DNA of 62,993 bases, the filler included, from Vannella sp. (taxonomy: Eukaryota): assembly GCA_023345925.1 (NCBI GenBank). It is 7 parts of 7 records of this genome, joined end to end, with 100 filler letters (N's around TTAATTAATTAA, not from the genome) between each part and the next. Parts side by side here need not be neighbours in the genome. Positions count along the whole stretch, not along the records: positions 24,409 to 44,058 come from JAJQQN010001053.1; 6 more parts are not named here. One strand, written 5' to 3'. Shown here one piece after another: positions 24,732-36,505 of this stretch. The position numbers and the translations under genes were made by a program. The notes under the pieces are model-generated. The model worked only from the letters and a program-made list of their open reading frames with translations. It had not been told where the DNA came from and searched no databases. Numbering within the stretch: position 1 is the stretch's first letter; every line of letters begins with the position of its first letter.

Positions 24732-26043
24732 ATGGCCGGTGCGGAAGGGGCTTCTCCTTTGGCGAAGAGGAGGCGATTGGAAGAGGACTTGGGAGGTGAT
24801 CCGGAGTACTTTGGGTTGTACAGTAGTATTGTGAGTAGGCGTAGGTGATGCTGGGGGGACTGATGAAGTGGGCGAAGGAGATCCACCGGGATATGCTGGA
24901 GGATCGGGTTCGGACGGAGGCTTACGAGCAAGCTCTCCAACAGGTAAGAGAGTGGAGGTAGCTGAAGCTACCCAGCACTCATGAGCACGCAGAACACTCG
25001 CGCTATTGCAGGCAAAGTCGTCCTGGACATTGGAATGGGCACGGGTATTCTCAGTTTCCTTGCTGCTCGGGCTGGAGCTCGCCAAGTGTACGGAGTAGAA
25101 GCATGTCGGGTCATGACAGAACAAGTGACCAAGCTCATTGAGAGAAATCAGCTTGAAAGCCAAGTACGAATCCTTCCTGGCCTGATGGAGGCAGTTCAAG
25201 TCCCAGAACAAGTGGATGTGATCGTTTCTGAGTGGATGGGATACATGCTACTATATGAGTCTATGCTAGACTCTGTTATCTTTGCAAGAGATCGCTATCT
25301 GAAGCCAGTAAGTGTCACAAGAAGGAGAAAAGTCCCTCCATGACCCCCAAAGTGACTTCTTTTGACACTTTCCAAGGGCGGCAAGATCCTCCCTTCCCAC
25401 TGTCACATGTATATTGCACCCTACTGTGATATGGATGCAGAGGAGAACGAAGAAGACGACCTGGGCTTCTGGGATTCCGTTTATGGCTTCGACTTTTCCC
25501 CAATCAAGTAAGCTGACGCTCCTGGGAAGCGTGTCAGTACAATGACCAACTCAGATAAGGCCTTTTGTAAGGGAATGCTTGTCGAGGGAGCCTGAGATAG
25601 CCGTCATCCCGCCGCACTTTATCATGGCGAAGGAGGCAAAGTGTATTAAGGCTATTGACTGTCTGACCGTCACGGTCGCTGAACTGGAAGTCCGCCAGGA
25701 CTTTGAGTTTACCAGTCTCATCACAGAACGGCTGAGCGGCTTTGCCATTTGGTTTGATGTCGATTTTACAACGGACATTCCTTCTCACTCCATTCGGCTC
25801 CCGACTGGGCCTGACCACCCGTAAGCACCTCCCTCACTCGTGTGACCTTTCTAAGGAACCTGTAGACCAACGCATTGGTGCCAGATCCTCCTTAAATGGA
25901 CGAATCCGCCGAATGTCTGCCAAGATGGGCTCATTCAAGGTCACATTCACATTCGCAAGTCACCTCATCAACCAAGAGCGTTGGCTATCACTGTGAGTAT
26001 CTCCAGTCCAGTGGAGATGACGAAAGAGTTCCTGTTTGAGTGA
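24732..26043 (+). CDS. Type I protein arginine methyltransferase (PRMT1/6-like), multi-exon
   Basis: Motifs IHRDMLEDRVRTEAY, VVLDIGMGTGILS, VDVIVSEWMGYMLLYESML, WFDVDF and the PTHW loop. NLS-like KRRR near the N-terminus. Confidence 0.9.
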
Positions 26044-26062
26044 ATGAAGTCGTCCCGTCGGT

Positions 26063-27229
26063 TTAGTTCAGTTGATCGCGAGTCTTTGAGGTTCTATGGC
26101 ATCGCAGTGGCTCTCCAGACTCAATAGGTGTTGTTGGGAAGACGATGGAGTATGCTGCGCCTGTCGGGAGGTAGATCAAGACGATGTTGGCACAGTTTAC
26201 CTCCTCTTCGTGTTCCATGAACTCCAAAGCGAGTCCCAGAGGTTCGAGGATGTACCAAGTGAGTGGTTGATGGAGATTACCCGCCGCATCAAGCCGAGCG
26301 ACCGCGTAGCTCTGGGCAAAGTAGCTCGTCATCAGTTTCATGGCGATCTGAGCCTTCTGCGCCACGCTGAGAAGCGCATATCTACTTGATCGAAGCTCAA
26401 ATGCATCACCTTGGATCAGCTCAGTCCAGCGGGACGGTCCTTCACGAGGAGATAGGACAATCTCGATTGTGTTTGGATCAGGGAAGAACCACGTGCTCGC
26501 CTCTGGATCGATGGGGGCAGGTAAGGTGCCTTTGATCAGAGATTCCCCTTTGACTGCTATCTGAAGGTGTGAGGAGGTCAGCTGCCAGTCGACATCAGCG
26601 GTAGACGTTCCCGACCCCACAGGAAGTAGGACTATGATGGTCCCATCAGCCTCCTGAGTCCAAGAGTAGTTGTCAGCGCATCTAACATCAAGTTCAGAGC
26701 CAATGGGGGAGCCAGCAAGGACGTTCACGCCTTCTTCGATAAGGAGGACCGCGTTGATCGTTTCCCAGTCGCTTGCAACAAGAGCAGCCAGAGCGAGTGG
26801 GTAGTCACAGTCTACCATACTCTTAACATCTTCTATCTGCAATGCAGCTTGATGAGAGCCCGCCAGAGGCTCAGGGATGTTAAGATCGCCATCAAACCAC
26901 TGCCAAACAGCGTCAAGCATATCAGGGTTGTTCTGCAGCGCTTGGCGTGTCTGATCAGCTGCATCACATGTTAAAGCATGCCCAAAGACAAATACATCAT
27001 CCACATCGAGATCTTCAGCAGCAGTAAGCGACCAAGACGTCGCAGCGCCTCCCTCCACCTTCAAAGGGTCTCTTTCACACTCCAGCTTCTCCCTCGATCC
27101 AGAGCCACAGATCTGTTCGTAGACACTCTCCCACAAGCTCTCTGGTACCCTTGAGTGTTCCAACTGGGCGCGATGGGACGACACGAAGACACTGAAGCCA
27201 CTTTCACCTGCCTCGGGAGGTGGCGCCAT
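26063..27229 (-). CDS. TTLL12-type SET-like domain with inserted UBA-like and CS (NudC/p23) domains, no TTL ligase domain
   Basis: The N-terminal part (FVSSHRAQLEHSRVPESLW...VFVFGHALT...TRQALQNNPDML) and C-terminal part (FAQSY...WYILEPLG...YLPTGAAYSIVFPTTPIESGE) resemble the two halves of the TTLL12 N-terminal domain. Between them lie a UBA-like segment (VKSMVDCDYPLALAALVASDWETINAV) and a CS domain (YSWTQ...IDPEASTW...RWTEL). Confidence 0.7.
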   Translation of the reverse strand: MAPPPEAGESGFSVFVSSHRAQLEHSRVPESLWESVYEQICGSGSREKLECERDPLKVEGGAATSWSLTAAEDLDVDDVFVFGHALTCDAADQTRQALQNNPDMLDAVWQWFDGDLNIPEPLAGSHQAALQIEDVKSMVDCDYPLALAALVASDWETINAVLLIEEGVNVLAGSPIGSELDVRCADNYSWTQEADGTIIVLLPVGSGTSTADVDWQLTSSHLQIAVKGESLIKGTLPAPIDPEASTWFFPDPNTIEIVLSPREGPSRWTELIQGDAFELRSSRYALLSVAQKAQIAMKLMTSYFAQSYAVARLDAAGNLHQPLTWYILEPLGLALEFMEHEEEVNCANIVLIYLPTGAAYSIVFPTTPIESGEPLRCHRTSKTRDQLN

Positions 27230-27297
27230 GGAGGCCAAGGAAAATGGTCCTTTTGATGGATGGGAGCGAGAACGCTTTAATGAGAAGAAGAGAAGAG

Positions 27298-30200
27298 TTA
27301 TTTGGTGAGGAGCTCGCCGATCAGCTCTTCGTAAGGGCGACGCACTTTGAAACGCTCCACGATCTCGTCCAACGCACGTCCGCTGGAAGTGGCAAGTTAG
27401 TAATGTGGTTAGAATGGGGATTGGGATTGGGAGGGTACTTACCGGGTGGGGAAGGGGCGGGTGTAGCCTCCTGTGTTGTAGCGAACGTAGCGGTTGGCAT
27501 TGATGGCGGTCTGGCGGACGAGGGGGACTAGCAGCTTCTTGTTCACGCACATTCCATGCACAAGAGGACCAAAGATCTGCACATTCTCTTTGCGGTACAC
27601 TTGGATGCGGAAGAGTCCATTGGGAAGAGGGTAAGCGATAATGTGAGCATCATTGAACTGGCTGGTAATGGTGGTAGGAGCATAGTCGCTTGTGTCCTCT
27701 GAATACACAATGTGGACAATGTCGTTGCCGACGTGTCGCTTCTTGTGGATCTGCTGGTTATCCGTGGGGTTCGTAGGCATGGAAGTGATCTCATGGAAGA
27801 CCACTTCCATGATGCTGTTGGCAAAGTAGGGGGCAGACACGCCGGTGGTCTGTTTAGGGTCCAGCCCGCCCAAGTACCCTCGGTGGGTGGCCACATCAAT
27901 GGGCCATCCAAGTCCCCGAACAAACTCTGCATAAAGGTCTGACTTGGAGTCATTGCGGAGGATGATCTTTTGGTCGTCTTGGCCCTCTTTGACGTAGATG
28001 ACACCAATCTTGAGCATCTCCCGACCAGAGCTCTTGTCGAGCTGCTGCAGATTGCGAGTGAATCGCTGCGAGTAGTCCACCATGGAGAAGGCAGACTGCT
28101 TGTCGAATGTGAGGAAGCCGAGGTGATTGAGGAACAGACGGCAGTGATGCAGCGAACTGAGAGGGGCGGCAGGTTCGGGAGGAAGGACCGCCCAGTCTTG
28201 GTAGGGCGGAACTGTGGCAGCCAAGTGGGCGATGGCTTTGTCATCCGACTCAGCTTGCTTGAGCAAGGCAGTCTCGATAGAGTCCACGGAAGCTTTGTAC
28301 TCGGAGCGAATCTCGCTGGGTTGGTTGAGAGGAGCGCCATTCTCTGGGAGACAGTCGGGGAATGCCTCTCCCAGGTACTGCAGGAGGTCGTCGAGCTGGT
28401 CTACAGGAGGACCAGGCTCTTCAGATGACTTGGGAGCAACACCAGGCTGGCGGTCAGACTGAGAGTAGATAATCGGCTCTCGCTCAGGAGGAGGAATGAT
28501 CGGCTCTGTCAGTAGCGAGTAGGCGGGGGGAATCTCATGCGTGTAGTTGTTGTAGTTAATACGCGCGTCCCAAGCATACTTTCCTGTGCAGTCACGGAGG
28601 ATCAGACGAGCCATGTGACTTCCGTCAGGAAGGGGCACTTCTACTAAGGAGAAGAGCGCAAAGTCATTGTAGATGTAGAAGAGAGGCTTCTGCTCTTTGA
28701 AAACATCGTCACTTTCACTGACTTGCGAAGACATAATCTCAATGCCCTCTTTGCAAGGGAAGTTCTGGAGGAAGTTGCACAATTGGATCAAGAGAATGTG
28801 CGCCGCCTCCTTAATGACGTTACTGCCATGTGTAGGCTTTTCTGTGAGCTGCTCCAATAGTTCTGACATTTGAGCCTCTGAGCTTTGCGGCATTGTCGAG
28901 AGACGTTTGGGGTTGTTCCTCTTCTTATCCACTGTTGTTGGCACAGCGTTGGGGTCAACCTGCAGCTTCTGCCCCAATAACCCAATCTCCACAGCTTCAA
29001 AGACCTTAGTGGCCAGCATGCGGTTGTTGAAGAGATAAGTCTCGCTGGACATAACCCAATCCAGGAGGCAGTAGAAGTGGTCTGCCACGAGGTTCTCGTT
29101 CAGGACGTAGGTCTTCGACTGCTTCGACTGGACAATCTGACTGTGAATGTTAGAGCAAAGGAACTCCACAATAAGGTTGACTGGCGACTCTTCGAGAGCG
29201 TTCAGTTCGCTGAAGAGCATGGAAAGCGTTGAAAGAGAATCAAGAGCGGCGCGAGAGACAAGAGATTCATCCGACAGGCAGGAAGGAATCAGTGTGCGGA
29301 TGATCTCCTTAATCATGGGCGTGCTTGGCGTGTGTGTCAGATCCTCGTATACTAACGTGCACATGCCCCAGATGCACATAACCTTGTGCTCTGGATCTGT
29401 TTCAGTGTTGGAGGTGTCCACAAGGAGAGATTGAACATCCTTGCGCAAGGTGGTGCTAAAGTCATACGTGCCCGACCCAGATTCTGTGGGACACGAGAGA
29501 CCCTCCAAGTGGTTGGGGTAGCAGATAAGCGAGCATGTGATGATGATGTTCTTCAAACGCACCTCCTTGGCAATGCCAGGCGCCTTAATAATGCGCCGAA
29601 TCTCTGCCACATAGTGGGGAATCAACACATTGCTCCCAGGCAACGCCAGATTGAAGATGCTACTCGAGTTCTGAAGCACAGACCACGAGACGATCGAGTT
29701 GGGGTGCGTCTTGAAGCAGAGGCTGATGATGGCGTAGAAGTGGGAAAGAAGCTCCAAGGGCAGAGCATCTCCGTAGTGACGCACCACCAAGCGGCAGAGA
29801 GCTCCCACAGCCAAGGACTTGCCTTGAATGTAGCTGTCAGGGAGATAGCAAGCTTCAAAGAGCCAGTGGCCGAAGATATCGATGAGGCAGAGCGGCTCGC
29901 GGACCATCTCTGCGCGGGAGCCATGCGGGATGTCCTCCTCGGCTCGTTGGAGGATCTCGATGATGTCACACAATACTTTGATGGCCGCAGCGTGGATGGA
30001 AGGGTCTGCAATCGAGTTGACCTTGCGGAAGACCTGGAGGACTTGGTTCCACACATAGATGATCTCTTCAATGTCCCACGTAATGCTAGTGATGTTGGGA
30101 TCCGCTGGGATCTCGGGAAGGGGCTTGCGAGAGTCGGGACAGACGGACTGCGGGTGCTCCTTCTTCGAGCTGACAACCTCTGCTTCACCTTCACGCTGTG

Positions 30201-31988
30201 GGGGCTTGGTTTTGACCTTACGCAGTGGGTACATGGTCTCCTTGATAAGCAAGGTGAGCTGAATGATCTTGAGGCGCGTCTGGTTGACCGGCTCCATCAA
30301 GTGGAAGGTCGAGTTCACTCCCTCCTGCAGAGTCTCCCACATCTGCTCCGTATTGCGCTTCGTATGGATCCAGATGAAGTAGACAGTATCGAGCATGGTG
30401 GCTGCGAGACTTCCAGAGAGTTTGGGGTTCTTGCACACTTCAATAGTGGCTCGCAGAAGGGTGTTGAGGAGGCTCTCTTGGGTCTCCAGCGCGAAGGTGT
30501 CGTACTTATCAAGGAAGATCTGCTTGATCTGCTGAACCACCTCGAGGCACAGTTGGATGTGCTCCTGCGGCTTCTCTTCTCCGTTGATTTGGAAGACGCT
30601 GGCGAGTTGCTCGAAGAAGAACTGGACAGGGCGTGAGAGGATGCGAGGGGAAAGAGAGTAGGACGCTCACGTTTCTGTACTCAACAAGTCGGCTTTCCAA
30701 CTGAGCAGAGAGGGAATAGGAGAGCTGCAAGAGGATCAGCAACCGTGGGAAGGACAGATGACAACACGTACGTCCACGAAGAGCTCACGAAGGACCAATA
30801 AACTTGTTCGAATAGTTTCAGCGTAAGAGATGGGCATCTTACAGCTCTGTCGGAAGATCTCCAGCACCAATTGGATGTTCTCTTCCTTAGACCAGAGGTT
30901 CGCCGAGATTGATTCACTCTTCAACCATAGAGCAAGGCTAGCGACAGTGACCTGCTGAATGGGATGGGGGCAGAAGGAGAGGAAGCCACAATCTAGGTCC
31001 TCGTCAGTTACGGAGTGAAGAGCGATGCAGAGCATTGCCGTACCGTCCTCTGAGATCCCAACGCGGGCCGAAACCTCTGGGTAGAAGATGGAGAAGTACT
31101 GCGCTTTGAGGTGGTCCAACCAGAACTCGAACACAGCTGGCTTGTTGGTTATGTGCGCGAGCATGTCTTCCCAGAGCTTGACGCTGTTCTCTGGATTACC
31201 AGCGTTGCTTGACGGCACGAGAACACACGACTTGTCAGGAGCTGCTGGCTTGTGAGCGAAACGCATCCTCCTACGAAGAACGACTTACCAGTTAAAGCAA
31301 CCTTTCTGAAGCGAGTAGATTGGTTGGGACCAACAGCAAACCCACTCATATCAATGGCTGATGCAAATAGGTCTACTTGTGTTGGTTCCAGCACCTGCAC
31401 GGCCTCCAAGAAGACAAGGAGGAGGTTGAAGCCCGGCTCACGAACGGTAATTTTGTTCTCCTTGTAAAGCAGCTTCTCCAGTACCGCAGCTGTAACCAAT
31501 CTCAGTCAGTCCATGCCACCTGCTGGTAACAAAGCCGCGTACCGATACTGCGGGTTTGCCACTTCTTGCGGATGAGCTCCGACAAGTGTGTCAAGACGTT
31601 TCGGAGGACAAGCATCATCTCTGTTACTTCCGTGGCGCTATGTTTACCTGTATACCGTGAGTGAATCACCCACAGAGTGGAGAGGACACGACACCAACCT
31701 TTCTTGCAGGTCGCCTCGTATGCTGTGAAGGAGTCGAAGAAGACACCGTAAATCATGTAGAAGTTCTCATTGAAGAACTTGTTCAGTTCTTCATCCGACG
31801 CCTTCTCTACAATGGAGAGAAACAGAGAACGTCAGGCGATTCCCCATAAAGAGCGTGAAAAGGCAAAGGAACCTACCAACGTAAGAAGTAAGAGACTTCC
31901 ACCGCTTGCTAAGCGATGCGTTCTTGTCAAAAAAGTTCTTTAGCCTCTTCTTCAACTTCTCGTCGTTCTTCGCCGCAGCGGTCAGCAT
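27298..31988 (-). CDS. RALGAPA: Ral GTPase-activating protein alpha subunit-like (C-terminal Rap/Ran-GAP domain), multi-exon
   Basis: C-terminal KIGVIYVKEGQ...HRGYLGGL...EVVFHE...KKRHVGNDIVHIV. N-terminal FFNENFYMIYGVFFDSF and LEKLLYKENKITVREPG. Confidence 0.85.
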
Positions 31989-32317
31989 GGTCGCCACTTT
32001 GACCCCTCGAAACGGAAAAAATGATTTTTCTCATCTTACCAGTCTAATTAAATGACGGTGCCCAACAAGGCTGAATAACAAAATCCGTTCCAATCCGTCA
32101 GTTCTGCCCGAATACTCCTCAAATTCGACCAGGAGTGAACGCAAAGTGTTTTTTGAATGATTTTAGTTTTTCACTTTTTGGGTCCGATCAACTGACCACC
32201 TTCCTTGAGAAGGCTTCGTTGATTGGTCCGTCCCTGGGCTTGCCCCCCTCAAGAATAGTGCTCTGGGAGGGACTAGATTCTCCAGGGCTTTTCAGTTTTC
32301 TTTGTCCGTCGGAGAGA

Positions 32318-33650
32318 ATGACGGGGAAGCGTGCAGCGGCAAAGCGAGTGGCGGGAGCAAAGAAGCGACAACGGGTCCAGGAGGAAGAGAGTATTCAAAT
32401 GGAAGAGGAGGAGGAGGAAGAGGAAGAGGAAGAGGAGGAACACATTGCGAACGAGGAGGAGGCGGAGGACGAGGGAGAGGAGGATTACAAGGAAGGGGGA
32501 TACCACCGAGTCACCGTGGGGGAGTTCTACAACAAACGATACCTGATTGTCCGCAAGTTAGGTTGGGGCCACTTCTCAACTGTCTGGTTGGCAGAGGACG
32601 ACAGGGAAGGCGGCCACGTTGCCCTCAAAATCGTCAAGTCCGCCTCCCATTATGCTGAAGCGGCACTGGATGAGATAGAGCTTCTCAAGCATGCAGCCAA
32701 GTACGATACAAAGGGTGAAATGCCCGTAGTTCGCCTGCTGGACCACTTCAAACACACCGGACCTAACGGCGAGCACGTGGTCATGGTCTTTGAGGTGCTT
32801 GGGAAGCACCTGTTAGACGTTATCGACAAGAGTGATAGGGGTTTACCTCTTCCCATCACCAAGAGCATCACCTACCAGATCCTTGTCGGTTTGACTTTCC
32901 TTCATGAGAAAGCGAAGATCATCCACACAGACCTCAAGCCAGAGAACGTCCTGCTGATGGAGCCTTTCCGTGTGGTAAAGGGACATCTGGTCGTGGACAA
33001 GTCGCGAGTAGTGACGAAGGTGAAGATTGCCGACTTGGGGAACGGCTGTTGGGTGAGCAAACACTTCTCTGATGACATCCAAACACGCCAGTACCGCTCT
33101 CCCGAGGTCATCCTACGTTACCCTTATGGAACTGCCGCTGATATGTGGTCTATTGGGTGCATCGTCTTCGAGTTAGCGACTGGGGATCTACTCTTCAAGC
33201 CAAAGAAGGGTGCGTGGCTGGTAGAAAGACAACGTGGCACTCATTTGAAGCAGGTCCTGATCATGGGAAGAGTGATGACCATCTGGCGATGATGTTAGAG
33301 CTGTTAGAGCTGGAAACCATTCCCAGCTCAATGATGGAAGGGGAACGAGCTAGCAGATATGCAAATAGCGATAGAACTCTCAGAAAGATCTCTACGCTCA
33401 AGCCCTGGGGCCTTCGGGATGTGCTCCAAAAAAAGTACTCTTTCTCGAAGTATGTCACTTTTGTTTCTGGTCTTCTCAGCCTCTCATCACTCTGAACAGA
33501 GAGGAATCCAAGGACCTTTCTGAGTTCCTACTGGAATTACTTACCCTAGAGCCAGAGAAGCGGCTCTCTGCCTCTCAGGCCCTCTCACACAAATGGCTCA
33601 AAGGTGCGGACACCGAGATTCCCATTTTCGGGGCTCCAGAGGACGAGTAA
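32318..33650 (+). CDS. SRPK: SR-protein kinase (SRPK family), multi-exon
   Basis: Motifs DYKEGGYH, KLGWGHFSTVWL, HTDLKPEN, IADLGNGCW and IQTRQYRSPEV; poly-Glu N-terminus. Confidence 0.93.
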
Positions 33651-33677
33651 AGGATTCTTCACTACCCAGATACGCAT

Positions 33678-35483
33678 TTAATGATAAGGGACCGTCTCTA
33701 TATCCCATTGCTGCGTAGCATCGTGTGGAATACAGGGGCTCCAAACAAGGTCGTCAGTCATTTCGTTAGAGACAATCGTTAAGCACATCTTCTCAGGTGT
33801 ATCGCCTTGATTTGTTGAGCGAATCGAAGAACTCATCGGGTCAAACACCCAAACTTGACTGGGCGAGCTGCTACAAGGATTCATGTACATTTTGTTGTCG
33901 CTCCCTCGGTCACAGCACATTTGATAGGCCATTGAGGAGGGAAGTATCTGATTGGTAGTGACTGAGAAGTGTTGCGCTCCTCCCTTTGAGTGACAACGAT
34001 AGATTCCCATCTCACACTGAGATTTGGAACACTGCAGAGTGTCAAGACAGTATCCGGATTGGTGTCGAAGTGCCCCACGCTGAGTGACTCTATCAGGATT
34101 GAAAAGTTCCGGGTACACGTTATCTAGATACCACTGGAATGGTTTGCATTGGAGTCGATCACGAAGAGCCTCCATCTTGGAGGTGTCTCCGATCTCAATT
34201 TCCCTTTCTGGATCAATGAGGGAGACTACTTCATCAGCAAAGCGGCCCATCCATATCTTGGCAGTCCGAAGGCGATTTCTGTACACGCTCTTGATGTCAA
34301 TAGGGTAGATTTGCCCTGTGAAGTACTCGTAGGAACGAAATAGATGGCCAACGCGAGAGCAAGGCGCCGTCTCAAGTGTGTTACCACACATCCATATCTT
34401 GAGAGAGATCTCTATCTCCTCACCTCCCCATTGCTCCAGTCCAGAGTCGTATCCTCCTAACTCCCAGAATAGGCTTCTGTCCATTGTGAACAGCCCTCCT
34501 GCCATCGCAGGGGAGGGATTCGGATGTGTAGAGTTCAGAGGTCTAATCAGTCCTTTCTGTTGTAGCTTCCATTGGAAGCCAAGAAGATCGAGGGACTGAG
34601 GAAGAGTCACAAAAAGTTCCGTGTCAATTGTGTGAATATGAGGCATTACAACATGCCTGGAGTCTTCTGAGATCCTCGCGAGCAATGGTTCGAGCCAGCC
34701 CGGGCTGCACTCTATGTGGGCATCCAGAAAGGTCAGTGTCTCTCCACTTGCTATTGTGGCACCGGCCATTCTGGCCTTCATCAAGCCAGTTCTTCGACCC
34801 TGACGATGGAGGATAACCTTTTCAGGTAGATATAGTGTCACGTACTCTCTTAAGAATGACTGGGCTGCTGAAGGATCGCTCCCGTCGTCCACTAAGATGA
34901 TTTCATGAAGAAGTTGGGGAGGGGACGTATTCAGGACAGAGTGGACGCTCCTGAGAAGGGTTGAAAGAGGCTCATTGTGAAAGATGAAGATGACACTCGT
35001 ATTCACGAGCTTGCTATAGTCATAAGTCACTTCCTGGCACTCTTCATTGCACAGGGGATCGGCATCTCTACTGACAGGAAGGGAGTTGCTCCGGAATAGA
35101 TTGAACCTGTTTGGTGTGTGAGATGCTACCTTGTCTTCTGGAGTCTCTTCCTCCACGCTCTTGTAGGGAACAGGAGGGAACGCAGGTACATCAGCAATTG
35201 TCTTGCCCCATCCGCTTCCATGCTGTCGCTGATCCGGCCGAAAGTCAGCTTTCCGTATCCCCAGTGTCTCTGTACTCTCTTTCATCGGTGACACGACCGG
35301 GGAGGGGCTTTGTTCTGGCAAAGGACTGGCCGAAAGTGGAACACATGGCTCCCTTGCCGTTCCCACCCTAACTACCTGCGTAGTAGGCTCTGGTAGTGTC
35401 ATATGGGAGAAAGCTACCAACTGAACAGCTGAGAAGCACACGAGAAGCAAACCGCAGCAAGCAATGAGCAGCGCCAACCGCAT
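33678..35483 (-). CDS. GALNT: Polypeptide N-acetylgalactosaminyltransferase (GT27) with ricin-B lectin domain, intronless
   Basis: Type II TM N-terminus; SVIFIFHNE...LLRSVHSV, LVDDGS, the DxH motif FLDAHIEC, PAMAGGLF, WGGEEIEIS and PCSRVGH; C-terminal CLD...QxW ricin repeats. Confidence 0.93.
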   Translation of the reverse strand: MRLALLIACCGLLLVCFSAVQLVAFSHMTLPEPTTQVVRVGTAREPCVPLSASPLPEQSPSPVVSPMKESTETLGIRKADFRPDQRQHGSGWGKTIADVPAFPPVPYKSVEEETPEDKVASHTPNRFNLFRSNSLPVSRDADPLCNEECQEVTYDYSKLVNTSVIFIFHNEPLSTLLRSVHSVLNTSPPQLLHEIILVDDGSDPSAAQSFLREYVTLYLPEKVILHRQGRRTGLMKARMAGATIASGETLTFLDAHIECSPGWLEPLLARISEDSRHVVMPHIHTIDTELFVTLPQSLDLLGFQWKLQQKGLIRPLNSTHPNPSPAMAGGLFTMDRSLFWELGGYDSGLEQWGGEEIEISLKIWMCGNTLETAPCSRVGHLFRSYEYFTGQIYPIDIKSVYRNRLRTAKIWMGRFADEVVSLIDPEREIEIGDTSKMEALRDRLQCKPFQWYLDNVYPELFNPDRVTQRGALRHQSGYCLDTLQCSKSQCEMGIYRCHSKGGAQHFSVTTNQILPSSMAYQMCCDRGSDNKMYMNPCSSSPSQVWVFDPMSSSIRSTNQGDTPEKMCLTIVSNEMTDDLVWSPCIPHDATQQWDIETVPYH

Positions 35484-35549
35484 GGTTGCTAAAGAATGGT
35501 CGTGGATTGATCCCCAGCGTTTATGGGTGATACAGAGCTCTCTTTGAAG

Positions 35550-36482
35550 CTATCTCCTGCTGTGGTAAGAGTCTGATCGACCATAGTCGCCCCTACCACG
35601 ATCATCGCGGTGAGAGCCACGGTCCCGGTCTGAGTCACGGTAAGAGCTTCCTCCACGGTCACGATCACGGTCGCTGCGCTCATAAGGAGCATCTCTCCCT
35701 CGGTTGCGATCATCATGGCGGTCACGGTCGGACGGACGAGAGGTCGTGTAGCTTCGAGTCGAGCCTCCTGGTGGGTACTTCTCTTTAAGCTCCTTTAACC
35801 GCTCACGGATCTGTAGATAGCCGATGTGGAGTTTACCACCGAAGTGGTCAGCCAGGCGGCGGTTGCTGTCGTAGATACTCAGGAAAGCAGAGCAGATCTC
35901 GCAAACGCGCAGCTTCTCCTGTTGCGACTGGCCCTGACCTCCTCCTGGGCCCTCATCCTCAGGTTCCTGTACGTTTCCATGTTAGCTCTTTTTGTGAGGA
36001 TGAGAGGAGCGTGGAGGTACCTGTTGGCTCTTCAAAACCTCCGCCTTGCGCAGCATCTCCTCTGATTCTTCGATCTTTCCCTCTTCACCAAGCTCTTGGG
36101 CCTTGGTGTACATCGCTTGAAGAGCAGCAGCAGCTTCTGCGGTCTCTTTATCGTTGGGAGTGTGCTGGATGCGCATCTTCGAACGCTCGATTTTCCTGTC
36201 GCAGTCTTGTACAATGGACTGGAGAGCCACCATCAAGTCTCGTTCAAAAGGATAGTGATCTCCACGACGAACTGCACCCTCAAAGTCCTGTCGAAGGACA
36301 TCCGAGTGCTTCAACGGACACTCGCCAGAGTCCATCTTCGTGTTCCTGAACAGGTCGTTGGGGCACATGCCACAAAGGTGATGTTTGCACACATCTAGAT
36401 CCGTAAAGTGCTTCGTCGTGCCCACATCCCCGTTGCGGTCCTTCCCAAGCAAAGAGTCGATGAGTTTCCGCTGAGCCTCCAT
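35550..36482 (-). CDS. LUC7: LUC7 U1 snRNP-associated protein with RS/RD-rich tail
   Basis: ZnF1 VCKHHLCGMCPNDLFRNTKMDSGEC and ZnF2 KLRVCEICSAFLSIYDSNRRLADHFGGKLHIGY; one intron near 35982-36020. Confidence 0.93.
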
Positions 36483-36505
36483 CACCAGAAGCCAGCAGCG
36501 AGGAA

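Noticed and set aside
26063..27550. 495-aa version of the TTLL12-like ORF starting at 27550
   Set aside because: The 5' extension overlaps the last RalGAP exons and intron in another frame; the ATG at 27229 is the plausible start.
29386..30636. 416-aa + strand ORF, and similar ORFs at 41595-42632, 59879-60700 and 15994-16653
   Set aside because: Antisense shadows of well-supported genes (RalGAP, POLQ, ACAD, CPSF1) with no motifs of their own.
32400..32490. GAG/GAA and GAT/GAC trinucleotide runs (also 58180-58255)
   Set aside because: They encode poly-Glu and poly-Asp tracts inside CDSs.
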